A DNA stretch of 62,983 nucleotides, the filler included, from Craspedostauros australis (lineage: Eukaryota): NCBI GenBank assembly GCA_030167865.1. It is 18 parts of 18 records of this genome, joined end to end, with 100 filler letters (N's around TTAATTAATTAA, not from the genome) between each part and the next. Parts side by side here need not be neighbours in the genome. Positions count along the whole stretch, not along the records: positions 28,399 to 53,338 come from JALAGF010000645.1; 17 more parts are not named here. One strand, given 5' to 3'. Both the position numbers and the translations under genes were made by a program. The notes beneath the pieces were generated by a model. The model did no database searches. It worked only from the letters and a program-made list of their open reading frames with translations, and was not told where the DNA came from. Shown piece after piece: positions 33,097-44,293 of the stretch; position 1 is the stretch's first letter; every line of letters starts with the position of its first letter.

Positions 33097-34870
33097 ATGC
33101 CAACCATTGCTACATTCCAGACCACCATGGGGTCATTCAAGGCCGAGCTGTACACCCAGCAGATGCCAATCAGTTGGTGAGTGCTTGTTGAGTGGAGTGC
33201 GGTGGAGTGGAGTGGAATCGTATCGCGTCATGCTGGGTCATCGCGAGAGGCTCTGGGTTGCTTTCGTTTTCGCCAAGACAAGACGAGACGAGATGAGGGA
33301 AGATTCGCTTCACGCTTCGTTCGCCGCGCTTCCGCCACAGCGAAGACGCAACACATCTCACCATGTCAAGTCCCATTCCCAACATCTCACTTCTCTCCAT
33401 CCACCCCCCTCCTTCATCCATGGCGGCCACCTAACAATATCCTTGACACACATCACAACACTACACTGCACGACACAACAGCGGAAACTTCATTGATCTT
33501 TGCAACAGCGGCTTCTACGATGGAGTTGTGAGTAGCAGACAGCTTCGTGGCACGACCAGCATGCGCCTTCGACAAGACATGGGAAGACCTGCAGACAACG
33601 CAAGGCATCATCATGCCCTGCACGATCGATTTCCATTCTAACCATATCAAAACCATTCTCTCTTGTTTTCCACTTCATCCATTGCATCATCATCGTCGAA
33701 TGGCATCATCTATCGGATGATCGGACGAATCAACTGCCACGGGTGCGATGGCGACATACTCAAACAATGTTCTATTCTGCGCCACCTTCCCATCTTCAGC
33801 ACTTCCACCGTGTCATCCCAGGATTCATGAATCAGTAAGTGAGACAGACTTGAAGTTCTCAGACATTCAAACTCATGCTCGTACTCTGCAGAGAAGTACC
33901 AGAAGGATACGACCTATGACATTATGCAGCCAATTGTTTGCGACGGTCGAAGGCGTCAGATTTACGTATTGGGCGAGATTCACCACAACGGAAGCGTCAA
34001 GCATTCAACCAAGAAGGGGCGGCAACACGAAGATCGTGTCCCGCGGATCGCATTTGCATCATCTTTCTCACAACGCCTTCATCATCGGATTGTTGAATTA
34101 CTTGATGGTCACCAATGCGCTCCATCGCAAATGACCCAACAAACAAACTTGCACAACGCCATGCTATTCCGAACTACGGCTCTTTTCTGTGTCGCAACAC
34201 GTCAAATGTGATGTCGCAGGTTCGGATGCCCACATGCAAAGGACCCCAACTCCCCACGTGCTGGAACCGGAGGCCCACCACCAAACACCACCTTCCAATC
34301 CTGCGACGGACAGATGATCTCCCGTGATCGCGGTGGTAACATCCCAGACGAGGTCGGCAAGGACCATCAGCGCATCACCAACGCCCCGGGCACCCTCTCC
34401 ATGGCCAACACCGGACGTCCACAATCTGGAGGATCGCAGTTCTTCATCAACGTCAACCACAACTCTTTCCTTGATTGGTTCGATCGCAGTTCTGAATCCG
34501 CTCACCCAGTCTTCGGAAAGGTACGCACGTGTGCGAGAGTGGTGACTTGATTGGCTGGCATGATGATTGTCCTTGACTTCGACTTTCATTGTTGCGGGCA
34601 CCAGACATCAGACCGTATTCATCGTTCCCCTTTCGTTCGCTCACGCGAAGATTCTGCCATCGCCTTGCTCTTGCCTTGTTTCGAGTTGCTTTCTTCCCAT
34701 CTGGCATACCATGTTGCCTTTGGGTCTATTTCACATTCTGCCCCCATTTGCGCGCCCAACAGATCGTTGAGGGATACGACCTCGCCGAGAGGATCTCCAA
34801 GGTCCCAACACGCAACGACAACCCAAACACCCCAATCAAGATGATCTCCGTCCGTTGTGCCAGCACCTAA
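33097..34870 (+). CDS. Cyclophilin-type peptidyl-prolyl isomerase, 189 aa; exons 33097-33176, 33482-33527, 33800-33834, 34220-34520, 34763-34870
   Basis: All four GT-AG introns keep frame. Product contains [46 protein letters not shown] and HPVFGKIVEG. Confidence 0.95.
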
Positions 34871-35748
34871 GCACGATCAATCTTCTCTCGCCTTCTTCAC
34901 GCACCTGTAAAGCTTCTTCGACATGAAACAGGAGGTAGGATACGTAATAGTATATCGTAGCAGTAGAAGTGCTCATTACGCATTCGTACGCGTACGGAAC
35001 ATTGACGAGTACGAGCGTGAGCATGAGCGTGGGTGGAGGATTGATGTTTCGTGATGGTGACGAGATGCGGTCCGAGGTTTTGGACTCGCCAAGCGAGCGG
35101 CGAACGGGATTCGACAACCAGCATGCACGACTAACCCGTGATTGACTCATTGGATCAATTTGAATTTGAAAACAGGAGTTTGCTTTCGACCGTTTTTCGC
35201 ATTTGTTCGTTGGTTGCATCCACGTTCCGTGTGTTTGCATTCACGAACACACCCACGATGCAAGCACTCAGGCCGCCTGGTCGTCGGCAAGGCAAGAGTG
35301 TGAGTATGTGCGAGTATGTGCGAGTGCAACTTTGTTCCTGTCTCCCCAAACAACCGACACATCTCGGCCTTGCCACAACTCGGAGCAAGCCATCACAAGA
35401 TAACAGAACCCACGGCCCTGCAAGAGGACCACAACCCAAGCACCCCACTTGCGTACCATACATACCATACTCTTCACTCCATCATCACGCTGATCAATTT
35501 GGAAACGGAGGCCAAGATCAAGACCAAGACACGCAACACGCAACGACGTCTGACCTTTCCGCTCCGGTTGCCCAATCAAGTACTGCTTCTCAACCTCAGA
35601 TACTCTCTGGCAATCTGAGCAAAGAGAGAGAGAAAGAGAGAGAAAGCTGGCCGTACAACGCCGAGGCAAGAAGTTTTACGACATCACAATCCCAGCACAT
35701 CACACATCACATCACAATCACAATCAGAAGCATCGTACGCATTTCACC

Positions 35749-38395
35749 ATGAGCACAACACTCCGCAGAAAGGTACGTTGATGGCTGCCTGCTTTCTTCA
35801 TCGGCATCAGCAGCTTCATGGGCATTATTGGTTCTGTTAGTGTGCCAGGACTCAGCGATCGAGGCGGCAATTCTGTGGGCCTCTCTCAATACTCGTATGG
35901 TACAACCAACTGCAATGCGCGGGGCGAATCGAAGCAACGCACAACAGATGTCACGGACTCCCAGAGATGAAGCTTGTCCATTGAGTGCCACGGTGATTTC
36001 CTCATCTTCGTATTTTGCACCGTTTCAGATGTAATCTCACACCGTTCCGACCATTCTTCATTCCACTCTACTGCACCCTGCTTTATGCAAAAACAATTCA
36101 GTCGTCGTTGTCGATGAACGGCAACCGGAAGGATGCTACGCGAGAGCGCATCCTTCAGATGGAGGCCGACCGTGAAGAGCGCAGGAAGGCACTACAGCAG
36201 GCGAAGGAGGCGAGGAAATTGGAACACGCCGCAAACATCGCCGCGGGGAATCCTGGCGACGTGGATTTCATCGGTCTCGTTCGAGAGTGGAGATCCAAGA
36301 ATGCTGGTCATTTCAAGCAGCATGAGACCACCAGCCACAAGATATGCGTCTGCGTGCGAAAGCGACCCATTAGCAGCAAGGAACGTGACAAGCTCGATCA
36401 CGATTCCGTCACCTGCGTGCATCCGCATCATCTTTGGATTCATTCCGCCAAGCTCCGCGTGGATGGCATCACGAAGTATCTCACGCACAACTCCTTCAAG
36501 CTGGATTACGCATTCGATGAGTCCGTGCCGACGGAGCAAATCTACCTGCGCACCTGCATGCCGTTGGTGGATTTCGTGCTGGAAGGCAAGGGTGGGCGCG
36601 CAACCGTCTTCTGCTACGGCCAGACGGGAAGCGGGAAGACGTACACCATGAATGGCATTCAGAATATCTTGTGCCACGACCTGTATTCCCAGCTTCAGCA
36701 GCACGAGCATGGGATGGAATCCGGTGAAATCAGTGTCACCGTCGCCTTTTTCGAGCTCTATGGTGGCTTCATCCAGGACCTCTTGAATGAGCGCAACCGC
36801 TGCAAACTGTTGGAGGACGGGCAAGGCGAGGTGAACATCCTCGGGTTGCGGGAAATGCCAGCCAACACTCCGCAGGAATTGCTCGACATCGTGGAGATGG
36901 GCAATAATCTGCGTACCACCCACGCCACCGAAGCCAACGATACGTCGTCCCGTTCCCATGCCATCTGTCAGGTCTTCATTCGCGACACATCGAAACGACG
37001 TCCCAAATTGCTGGGAAAGCTGAGTCTGGTAGATCTTGCCGGCAGCGAACGAGGATCGGACACCAAATCGCACAACAGCCAAAGACGCACCGAGTCGGCC
37101 GACATCAACACGTCCTTGCTCTCGTTGAAGGAGTGTATCCGTGCCTTGGGTCAGAGTCAGGTCAAGCACGTGCCATACCGTGGATCCAAACTCACTCTCA
37201 TCCTGAAGGATTGCTTCACATCCGCCAGCGCCAAGACTGTGATGGTGGCAACCGTCAGTCCAGGCGCATCCTCGGCCGATCACTCGCTGAATACTCTGCG
37301 CTACGCCGATCGCATCAAGGAACAGAAGGTGAGCAACGCTGCCGTCGTTTGTTGGGCGTGAGGATCATGAATTGTGGTGGTGTTGGTGGATTGAACGATG
37401 ACCCCCTGTGCCTTCCTCCTCGCAACTCAAATGGAATAATTCTCGTCTCTCTCTCTTCTCTTCACTTCCCATTTCCGCTTCTTCTACTTCCTCGCATCTT
37501 TCAGGCCAAGACTTCGGGATCCAGTTCCGGTAACAGATCGGCACACGGAAGAAAGGTCTATCCTTGTTCGAAAGAGCGCATGCATCGGATTTTGGGATCC
37601 GAAGACGACAGCGACGATTACCATTCTGCCGTTGACGACGAGCAAGCGGCGGCGCAAGAGGCTGATGAGCAAAACGAACGGAACGAGATCGACACAGTCG
37701 ACCAGTGGCTTCAAGAAGGCGAGGAGGTCGAAGAGGTAGATCCAAATCACTTTGCAGATGCTCTGCAGTCGCCTTGCAGTGCGGTGGGACAGTCAGACAT
37801 CCCCTCCGTCATCGTCTCTGGTCGAGATTCAGGACTCTCCAACGACGTTGCCGATGACGACTCGTTGGAGAACGGCAGGGTCAACCACACGGATGATGCA
37901 TCTGCATTTGCCGCACTTGCACCACCAGCAGTATCGGCGCCAATGGGGAATGGCATTCCACACTTGAGCGATGAAGATGATACTGCGCGGGACGAATCGC
38001 AGTTGCAATCACGCAGCGCTCATCAAAGGCAATCAACTGCCACATCAACGACGACGACGAACTTGTCAAGAGTGGAAAGCGCCAAGCAGGACCAAGACGA
38101 GCTGCGAAAGACCGTGCAGACGCTATTCGAGCTTGAAGAGAGCTTGCTGAATCAGCACATGGAGAACATCCAGGAGAATGCCGAGATGCTCACTCAGGAG
38201 GGCAAGCTGTTGCAAATGGTGCAGAACGGCACGTTGGACGAGGAGATGGATGCGTACGCTGTCACATTGGCGGAATTCCTGGATCGCAAAACCAAGCTCA
38301 TTCACAAGCTGCAGGGCACGCTCGAAGAGTTCAAAAGTCAGCTCGTCAAGGAACAGGAGCTCTCCCAGCGCGTCAAGTCGTTGTCCCAGTACTAA
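35749..38395 (+). CDS. Kinesin-13 (KIF2/MCAK-like), 713 aa; exons 35749-35772, 36102-37328, 37505-38395
   Basis: ICVCVRKRP, KLRVDG (KVD finger), YGQTGSGKT, NDTSSRSHA, VDLAGSER, HVPYRGSKLT; C-terminal coiled coil; frame-consistent introns. Exon 1 is less certain. Confidence 0.92.
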
Positions 38396-38740
38396 ATGTG
38401 CAGTACTGGAACGACCTCTTCGTTCTGTCGATCCCATGGAGACCCACGCATCGACTTCCCACTGGTAGAACAATTAATTTTTAACAATGTAATATTCCAT
38501 TCCGTTTCTGCACTGCCGAGTACCTTCGGGTATGTTCCTTGCACTGTACGACTACATGCGAGGGTGGGGGAGAAGCTGAAGTTCTTAGAGCTTAGTCCCG
38601 CAGATCAAGCTTGAAATCATGCGTCAAGCATGCCAAAGCTTTCTCCCTGTACCATACTATACACAGATCGTACTCTGCACTATTCTTCGCCTTGAACTGC
38701 TCTACTGACACCATGTTGCTCGTACTCGCAACCAACAAGC

Positions 38741-41700
38741 TTAGTTTACGAAGAACATTTCTGTCCTTGCTTCGTTCACTTGGAGGACATTCACCCTCTC
38801 ATACTTTTGGAGGCATTCTTCCAGCTGGGCAGATGTGAATCCTTTTCTCACCACCATCGAGGTGCAGAGCATCAGATCCAGCGACTGGACTCCCAATGAC
38901 TGCGCATAGTCGCGAAGGTGTCCCAGTATCGTCGCATTCATGTCGTCATCATCGCCTTGTTCACCATCGCCGTCGCCATTGTTTCTGCCGTAACGTCTCG
39001 ACCGCTTGCGTTCCTCCTCCAGGAGTGTCGCCTTGCTCATGTGCGTCAATCGGATGGCCTCGTCGACATCCTCCTTCGCGATGAAGTCCGAAAATCGCAA
39101 TCTTGCCAGCGCTTGGCTCAACCGGAGAATCGATAGCAACTGCCGGGCCGTCATCACCGTTTGATCACCGGCACGCTTGCCCTTGCGCGAACTTGGGCGA
39201 TCCTCCATCCGAAGCGTCACGTAGGCCTCCACAATGTACGGTGCCACATCAAGTGGAACGAATGGTTCATGCTTGCGCGCACGTGCGATATACTCCCGCA
39301 GCACCTTCGGTGGGACAGTAGCGGTTGTTCTTGTGCCGTTCGCACTCTCACCATTCTCCTCGTCGTCGTCGACTCTCATGGCGTTGTCGTCATCGTCGTC
39401 GTTGTTATTGCCATCGTTGCCACCGCCTCCATTATCGTCATCGTCACCGCCTCCATTCTGCAATTTCTTGACGCGCGTTGCTTCACTTCTATGAACCGAA
39501 GTCACGTGCCTTGCTAACGCAATGTCTTTGTCCATGTCAGCGACGTCCAAAATCAGGAACATGAGATCGAAACGACTGAGCAACGAATTCGGCAGGTTGA
39601 TGTTCTCCGAAAGCGACTTCTTTCGGTTGTATCGGCTGTATAGCGGATTTGCAGCAGCCAGCACGGCACTGCGCGCATTTAAAGTCGCGACGATACCTGC
39701 CTTGGCGATACTCACCGTCTGCTGTTCCATGACTTCGTGGATCGCCGTTCGGTCGCCCTCGTCCATTCTGGTCGTGCGTGCGTGCGTTCGTATGTTGTTG
39801 TTGAGCGCATGGAATGTTTTCATGGTGACAAATGTACAATCACATGTATTCAAACGATAACAATACATCAATGAATGAATGAATGAATGAATGAGTAAGT
39901 GAATGAGTAAGCAAGCGAATGAGTAAGCATTGCAGACAACGATGAACATACAGAGATGAAGTTCGACCTTGCAATTCTAGCTTTCTGAATCCACGCAGCG
40001 CAGCGCAGCAATCCTTCACATCACATGTGGGTGCGAGCCACCTACTTGTCGAACTCGTCAATGGCACAGATGCCGCGATCGGCAAGCACCAAAGCACCGC
40101 CCTCCAATGACATCTCCCCCGTCGTCGTGTCCTTCGTCACGGCCGCCGTAAGGCCAACCCCGGATGAACCCTTTCCCGTGGTGTACACGCCTCTTGGCGC
40201 GATCGAGGCGACATGCTTGAGCAGCTGCGATTTGGCCACTCCTGGGTCGCCCATGAGACAGATGTTGATGTCCCCGCGGATCTTCATCCCATCCGGCAGC
40301 TTGCGCGTGCACCCCCCGACCAGCTGCAGCAACAGGGCCTTCTTGATGTCCTCATGGCCGAAGATTTCGGGCGCGATGCCTTGTGACAGCGTGCCGATGG
40401 GATCGTTCGATGTTGCGACCTGCAGTATTTGATCCTCCAGCACAGCGCTTTCCTCCTCCGTCATCGTGTCCAGCAACGACTCGTCGTAGCTCTTCTTGTG
40501 CACCATGATGTGCTGCGCCTCCAGGTAGATGGTCGTCATGAGTCCGGCCTTGAGTGCTCGGTAGCCGCTTTCTGCAAGGCGTTGCGGCAGGAAAACACCA
40601 TCGATGGTGACGACATCCCCAGGGCTTGCAAGTCTCGTCAGCTCGCCGCGACAGTACACGCTCATGCCTCGCGGGATATGTCCCATGGGGACCTGCGATG
40701 GCAATTCTTGCAGCTTCAATTCCTGGAACTTGACAAACTTCGACCCCCGCGTTTGCAGATGCAACGTCTGCTTCACGGGCCCCGCACGTTTCTCGCATTC
40801 TTCCGTGGGACACGCACGCGGCGGCATGAACTCCCGTTTCTGATCGATGACCTGATAAACCTCGGCACCGCAGACATCGCACGAGTACGTCGCCACCTGA
40901 CAGTAGGGTTTGACGTCGGAGCAACGCACAATCATGCCGCGCAACGTGACGAGCTGACCGATGGACTTGGACCGGACTTCTCGCAGCGACGCGCCTTCCC
41001 GCGCTCGTTTGATCTCCGGCAGAACATTGGTGTCCTTGTATGCCAAATACTGCTTGTCGAATGGCGATGACGTACCGCGTCGGCCCAACGGCAAGATGCG
41101 TAGCTCGTAGCGTCGCATGAGGAGAGGCGGAAATTCTTCCGTGGCATTGGAGGCTCCGTTGCGGTTGTTCCCCGTGTTGGCTTGATCATCGAGCAGACCA
41201 CCGCCGCCGTCAATGGCCTCGATCGGATTGCCGTCCGCGCCAGTTGCGGCACCACCATCTCCCAACCCCTCCGCGGCCGACTGCTGCTGCTGCCGACGCT
41301 GCTGCTGAGCCAGCCGCTGCTCCTGCAAAATATCCACCGTGTCGCGCAGATGGGTGGGCCCATCCTGACGCCTTGCAGCAGCAGCCGCGTTGGCGTTGTC
41401 GCCGCCATCCGATGTGCGCAGCGTTTCCAGCACTCCATCAATGACAGTGGCAAAGACCTGCAGGTACCGCAGAGTATTCTTCGTCACGCGCGATGCCAAA
41501 TCCCCACCTCGAATTGCATCCCATTCCACCAGCTCCTGCAAGGGGACTTCGATCAGGAAGGTCGTCGATTCGGACGTGAAGTAATTGCGGTCCTTGATGC
41601 GTTGCAACAGCGGTGGGTAGCACGGCACTCGTTGTATGGAGTACTCCGAATCCGTCGGTTCCAGCATGGCATTCTCGTCGTCGTCGTTGATATCTTCATC

Positions 41701-42160
41701 ATTGTCGTCATTCACAATCTTGCGGATCGTGTGATCCTTGATGAAGTTGTAGAAGATGTCTGAAGCAAGGTATAATATAATATTTGCAAGGAAGTTGCAA
41801 AGTAATTGCAATGTTGTTGTTAAGTGGAGTGAAGTTGTGACAATGATGGTGATGATGGAAAGCACGGTGAGATGGGTTGACGCGTCATCGTAGAGTACGT
41901 GTCTGTGTATGTTGTGCCACATACTCCACTCCACTATTATCGGAGACCTTCCATTCATTGCTCGATCAGCATCCATCCATCCATCCATCCATCCACACAC
42001 AGTGCGTCTGATTGCGCTCACCTGTGTCGTTCTCATAGTTGGGATATTGCCCCAGATGCGCTCCATCCGATGCGTTATTGTCGCCACCTCTGTTCCTGCT
42101 GCTGCTGTTGCCGTTGCCACCAATGCCTCCATCTGTGTTGAACGATTGCTGCGACGCCAT
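38741..42160 (-). CDS. MCM7: DNA replication licensing factor MCM7, 959 aa; exons 42160-42022, 41759-40046, 39767-38741
   Basis: C4 zinc finger, [61 protein letters not shown] spanning the intron, [19 protein letters not shown]. Confidence 0.95.
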
Positions 42161-42381
42161 GGTCAACTCCCGAAGTACACGGCCACCCTTCCTCGATGCT
42201 ACGAGCACGCGATGGATCAAGTGCCGACAACTGACTTCTGTGTTCGATGAACTCCTGTTGTTCTCAGTGCACTATGCTCTGACGCCCGCTTCCATCCTCG
42301 GAGCCTTGCGTTCGATCTCTTCTCTCGTTTCGCCTTCCCACATCGATTCGCCCATCATTGTCGGTTGCTTGTTCTGCCTTG

Positions 42382-42567
42382 TTTTTGGCGGTCTTGTTGT
42401 CGTGATCGCGAAAAACAGCGATGTCCGACACGTCCGATTCGAAAAGCTCGCATGTTTCGCGCCATCATTTCATTCCCTGACAGTCGTGACTGAAGGCGCA
42501 ATCGACACAAATTCGCGCCATAATTTCATTCACGACTATTCAATCCTGGATCGATCTGTTTCGCGCC
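42382..42567. promoter_or_regulatory. Cluster of E2F-like sites in the divergent MCM7/TIPIN promoter
   Basis: TTTCGCGCC at 42455 and 42559, ATTCGCGCC at 42511; weaker TTTGGCGG near 42384 and CGCGAAAA at 42407. Confidence 0.65.
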
Positions 42568-42827
42568 GAATTTTTTGTTGTTGGCTACAACAAAGCGGAC
42601 CAACACAAAAGACAACCGAATGCGTGAGTCGGCACAAACAAACACAACACATTTGATCGATCCACGGCGCTGCTTCAACATCATTGTTTTCGTTTCGAGA
42701 ATCCTATTCACTTACCAGAACAACTACCAGCTCTGCATCCCACATCGCGCATCACGCATCACGTATCACACCAGCTGGATAGATCAAGACAAGCAAGAGT
42801 AGAGCAGCAAGAGAGAAAGAGAGCGGC

Positions 42828-44138
42828 ATGTTGACATCCCACAGACGCCGCGATGCAGCAGGTCGCATCCGCAAGCTCTCGCGCATTGGCGCGGCACCCA
42901 TCATCCAACGGGCGCAACATTCGCGTGCCATATCATCGGAGGATGACGACGACATGCGCAATGAATTCGACTCGGACAGCGAGGAAGAAGAGCGACGATT
43001 GTCCGAACAGCACGGTGAGGCCGAGGAGGCCGATCGCAACACCACCAACACCAGCACTGGAAAGCGCAAGCAAACAGACGAAGAAATCGCAGACGAGTAC
43101 GCGAAGGAGGCATCCAAAACCAAAAAGCCTCGCAAGCCGCGCATCGTGCTAGAGTCGGATCATCTTGTCAAGGCTGATGGGTTGATCAAGATCCATTCGC
43201 GCTTTCCCAACCTCATGTCCAAAGTCAAGACGTACCGCGTCCCAGCCTCAAAACCGGGAGATGCCAGCAATGCCAGGAGGACGAAGAAGCGCAACGCCAT
43301 CATCAACCGCAATGCGATGTTCGCCAGCCGTCTCGCGAAAGCGTACCGCCAGTTTTGCAACGAAATACTGCCCGGTGGAGTTCCGGAGGATACGTTGCTG
43401 CGCATCGAAGCGCTGGGCAGCCGTGCGCAGACGAAGCAACACTTGAAGCAGATGCGCAATGACGTGCGCAACCATCACGTCGTGCGATTGTACGGGCTGG
43501 AACGTGGCGAGGCATTGCTGCGTGATTTGCAAGATGGTCTGGACATGGAGCAAGGGCTGGGGGATCTATCAGCTTCGACATTTGCAGCAGACAGTGAGCG
43601 TGCACGTGAGCAATCTACTGTTGAGAATCGCAACGTCAGTGATCCTATCAGCGGGTCTGACAGTTCTGCAGTGTCAACGACAGCAACAACCACAGCAATG
43701 GCGAGTGGACCCGCACAAGTTGGTCCGCTGCAAAGCACAGAAAAGGACTCGACGGACAGCTCCTCTGCAGCCACTCCATCAGCTCCGAATGTCAACGCGG
43801 ATGCCGGTTTGAGCGGAGGAGCTACGTCCAGTGAATCATCCATCTCAACAACAGCAAGACCGAGTGCGGATGTGAGAACCGTTGGTCTAACCAACACGAC
43901 GCAGCATGCGGCTGCTCTTGCGGATCCTACCCGCCCGTCGAGTGCAACCGGTGCGACTGCCACAGTTGCCACAAACAGCGGCGCAGACAACAATCCAAAC
44001 AACACAAGCAACGCGGCCGTGCATCAAGGCGGAAACCAATCAACGGCGCAAGATGATCATGGCATGGAATTCTTTGAGGAAGACATGGAACTGCAAATGA
44101 TGGAGGACTACATGGACGATATAGAGGATGAGATGTAA
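42828..44138 (+). CDS. TIPIN/Swi3/Csm3-like replication fork protection protein, 436 aa
   Basis: KPRKPRIVLESDHLVKADGLIKI…RLAKAYRQFCNEILPGGVPEDTLLRIEALGSRAQTKQHLKQMR matches the Swi3 domain pattern; disordered tail. Confidence 0.7.
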   Translation: MLTSHRRRDAAGRIRKLSRIGAAPIIQRAQHSRAISSEDDDDMRNEFDSDSEEEERRLSEQHGEAEEADRNTTNTSTGKRKQTDEEIADEYAKEASKTKKPRKPRIVLESDHLVKADGLIKIHSRFPNLMSKVKTYRVPASKPGDASNARRTKKRNAIINRNAMFASRLAKAYRQFCNEILPGGVPEDTLLRIEALGSRAQTKQHLKQMRNDVRNHHVVRLYGLERGEALLRDLQDGLDMEQGLGDLSASTFAADSERAREQSTVENRNVSDPISGSDSSAVSTTATTTAMASGPAQVGPLQSTEKDSTDSSSAATPSAPNVNADAGLSGGATSSESSISTTARPSADVRTVGLTNTTQHAAALADPTRPSSATGATATVATNSGADNNPNNTSNAAVHQGGNQSTAQDDHGMEFFEEDMELQMMEDYMDDIEDEM

Positions 44139-44293
44139 CCAATATGCAAATAAAGCCAAAGAAAAGCAAATAGTAAATCGCTCGTTCAGGGAATAAATAA
44201 GATATTGCTCTGTTCCTTCTTAGATTCCATGCTTACGGTGACTTGTGTTATAAGTCATGAGTGATGATCATGAATGATAATGCTGCAACCTCT

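Noticed and set aside
41969..41993. (CCAT)n and (GAAT)n runs (also 39870-39905) as functional elements
   Set aside because: They are simple microsatellites inside MCM7 introns, relevant only as background for the ATCCATC target motif.
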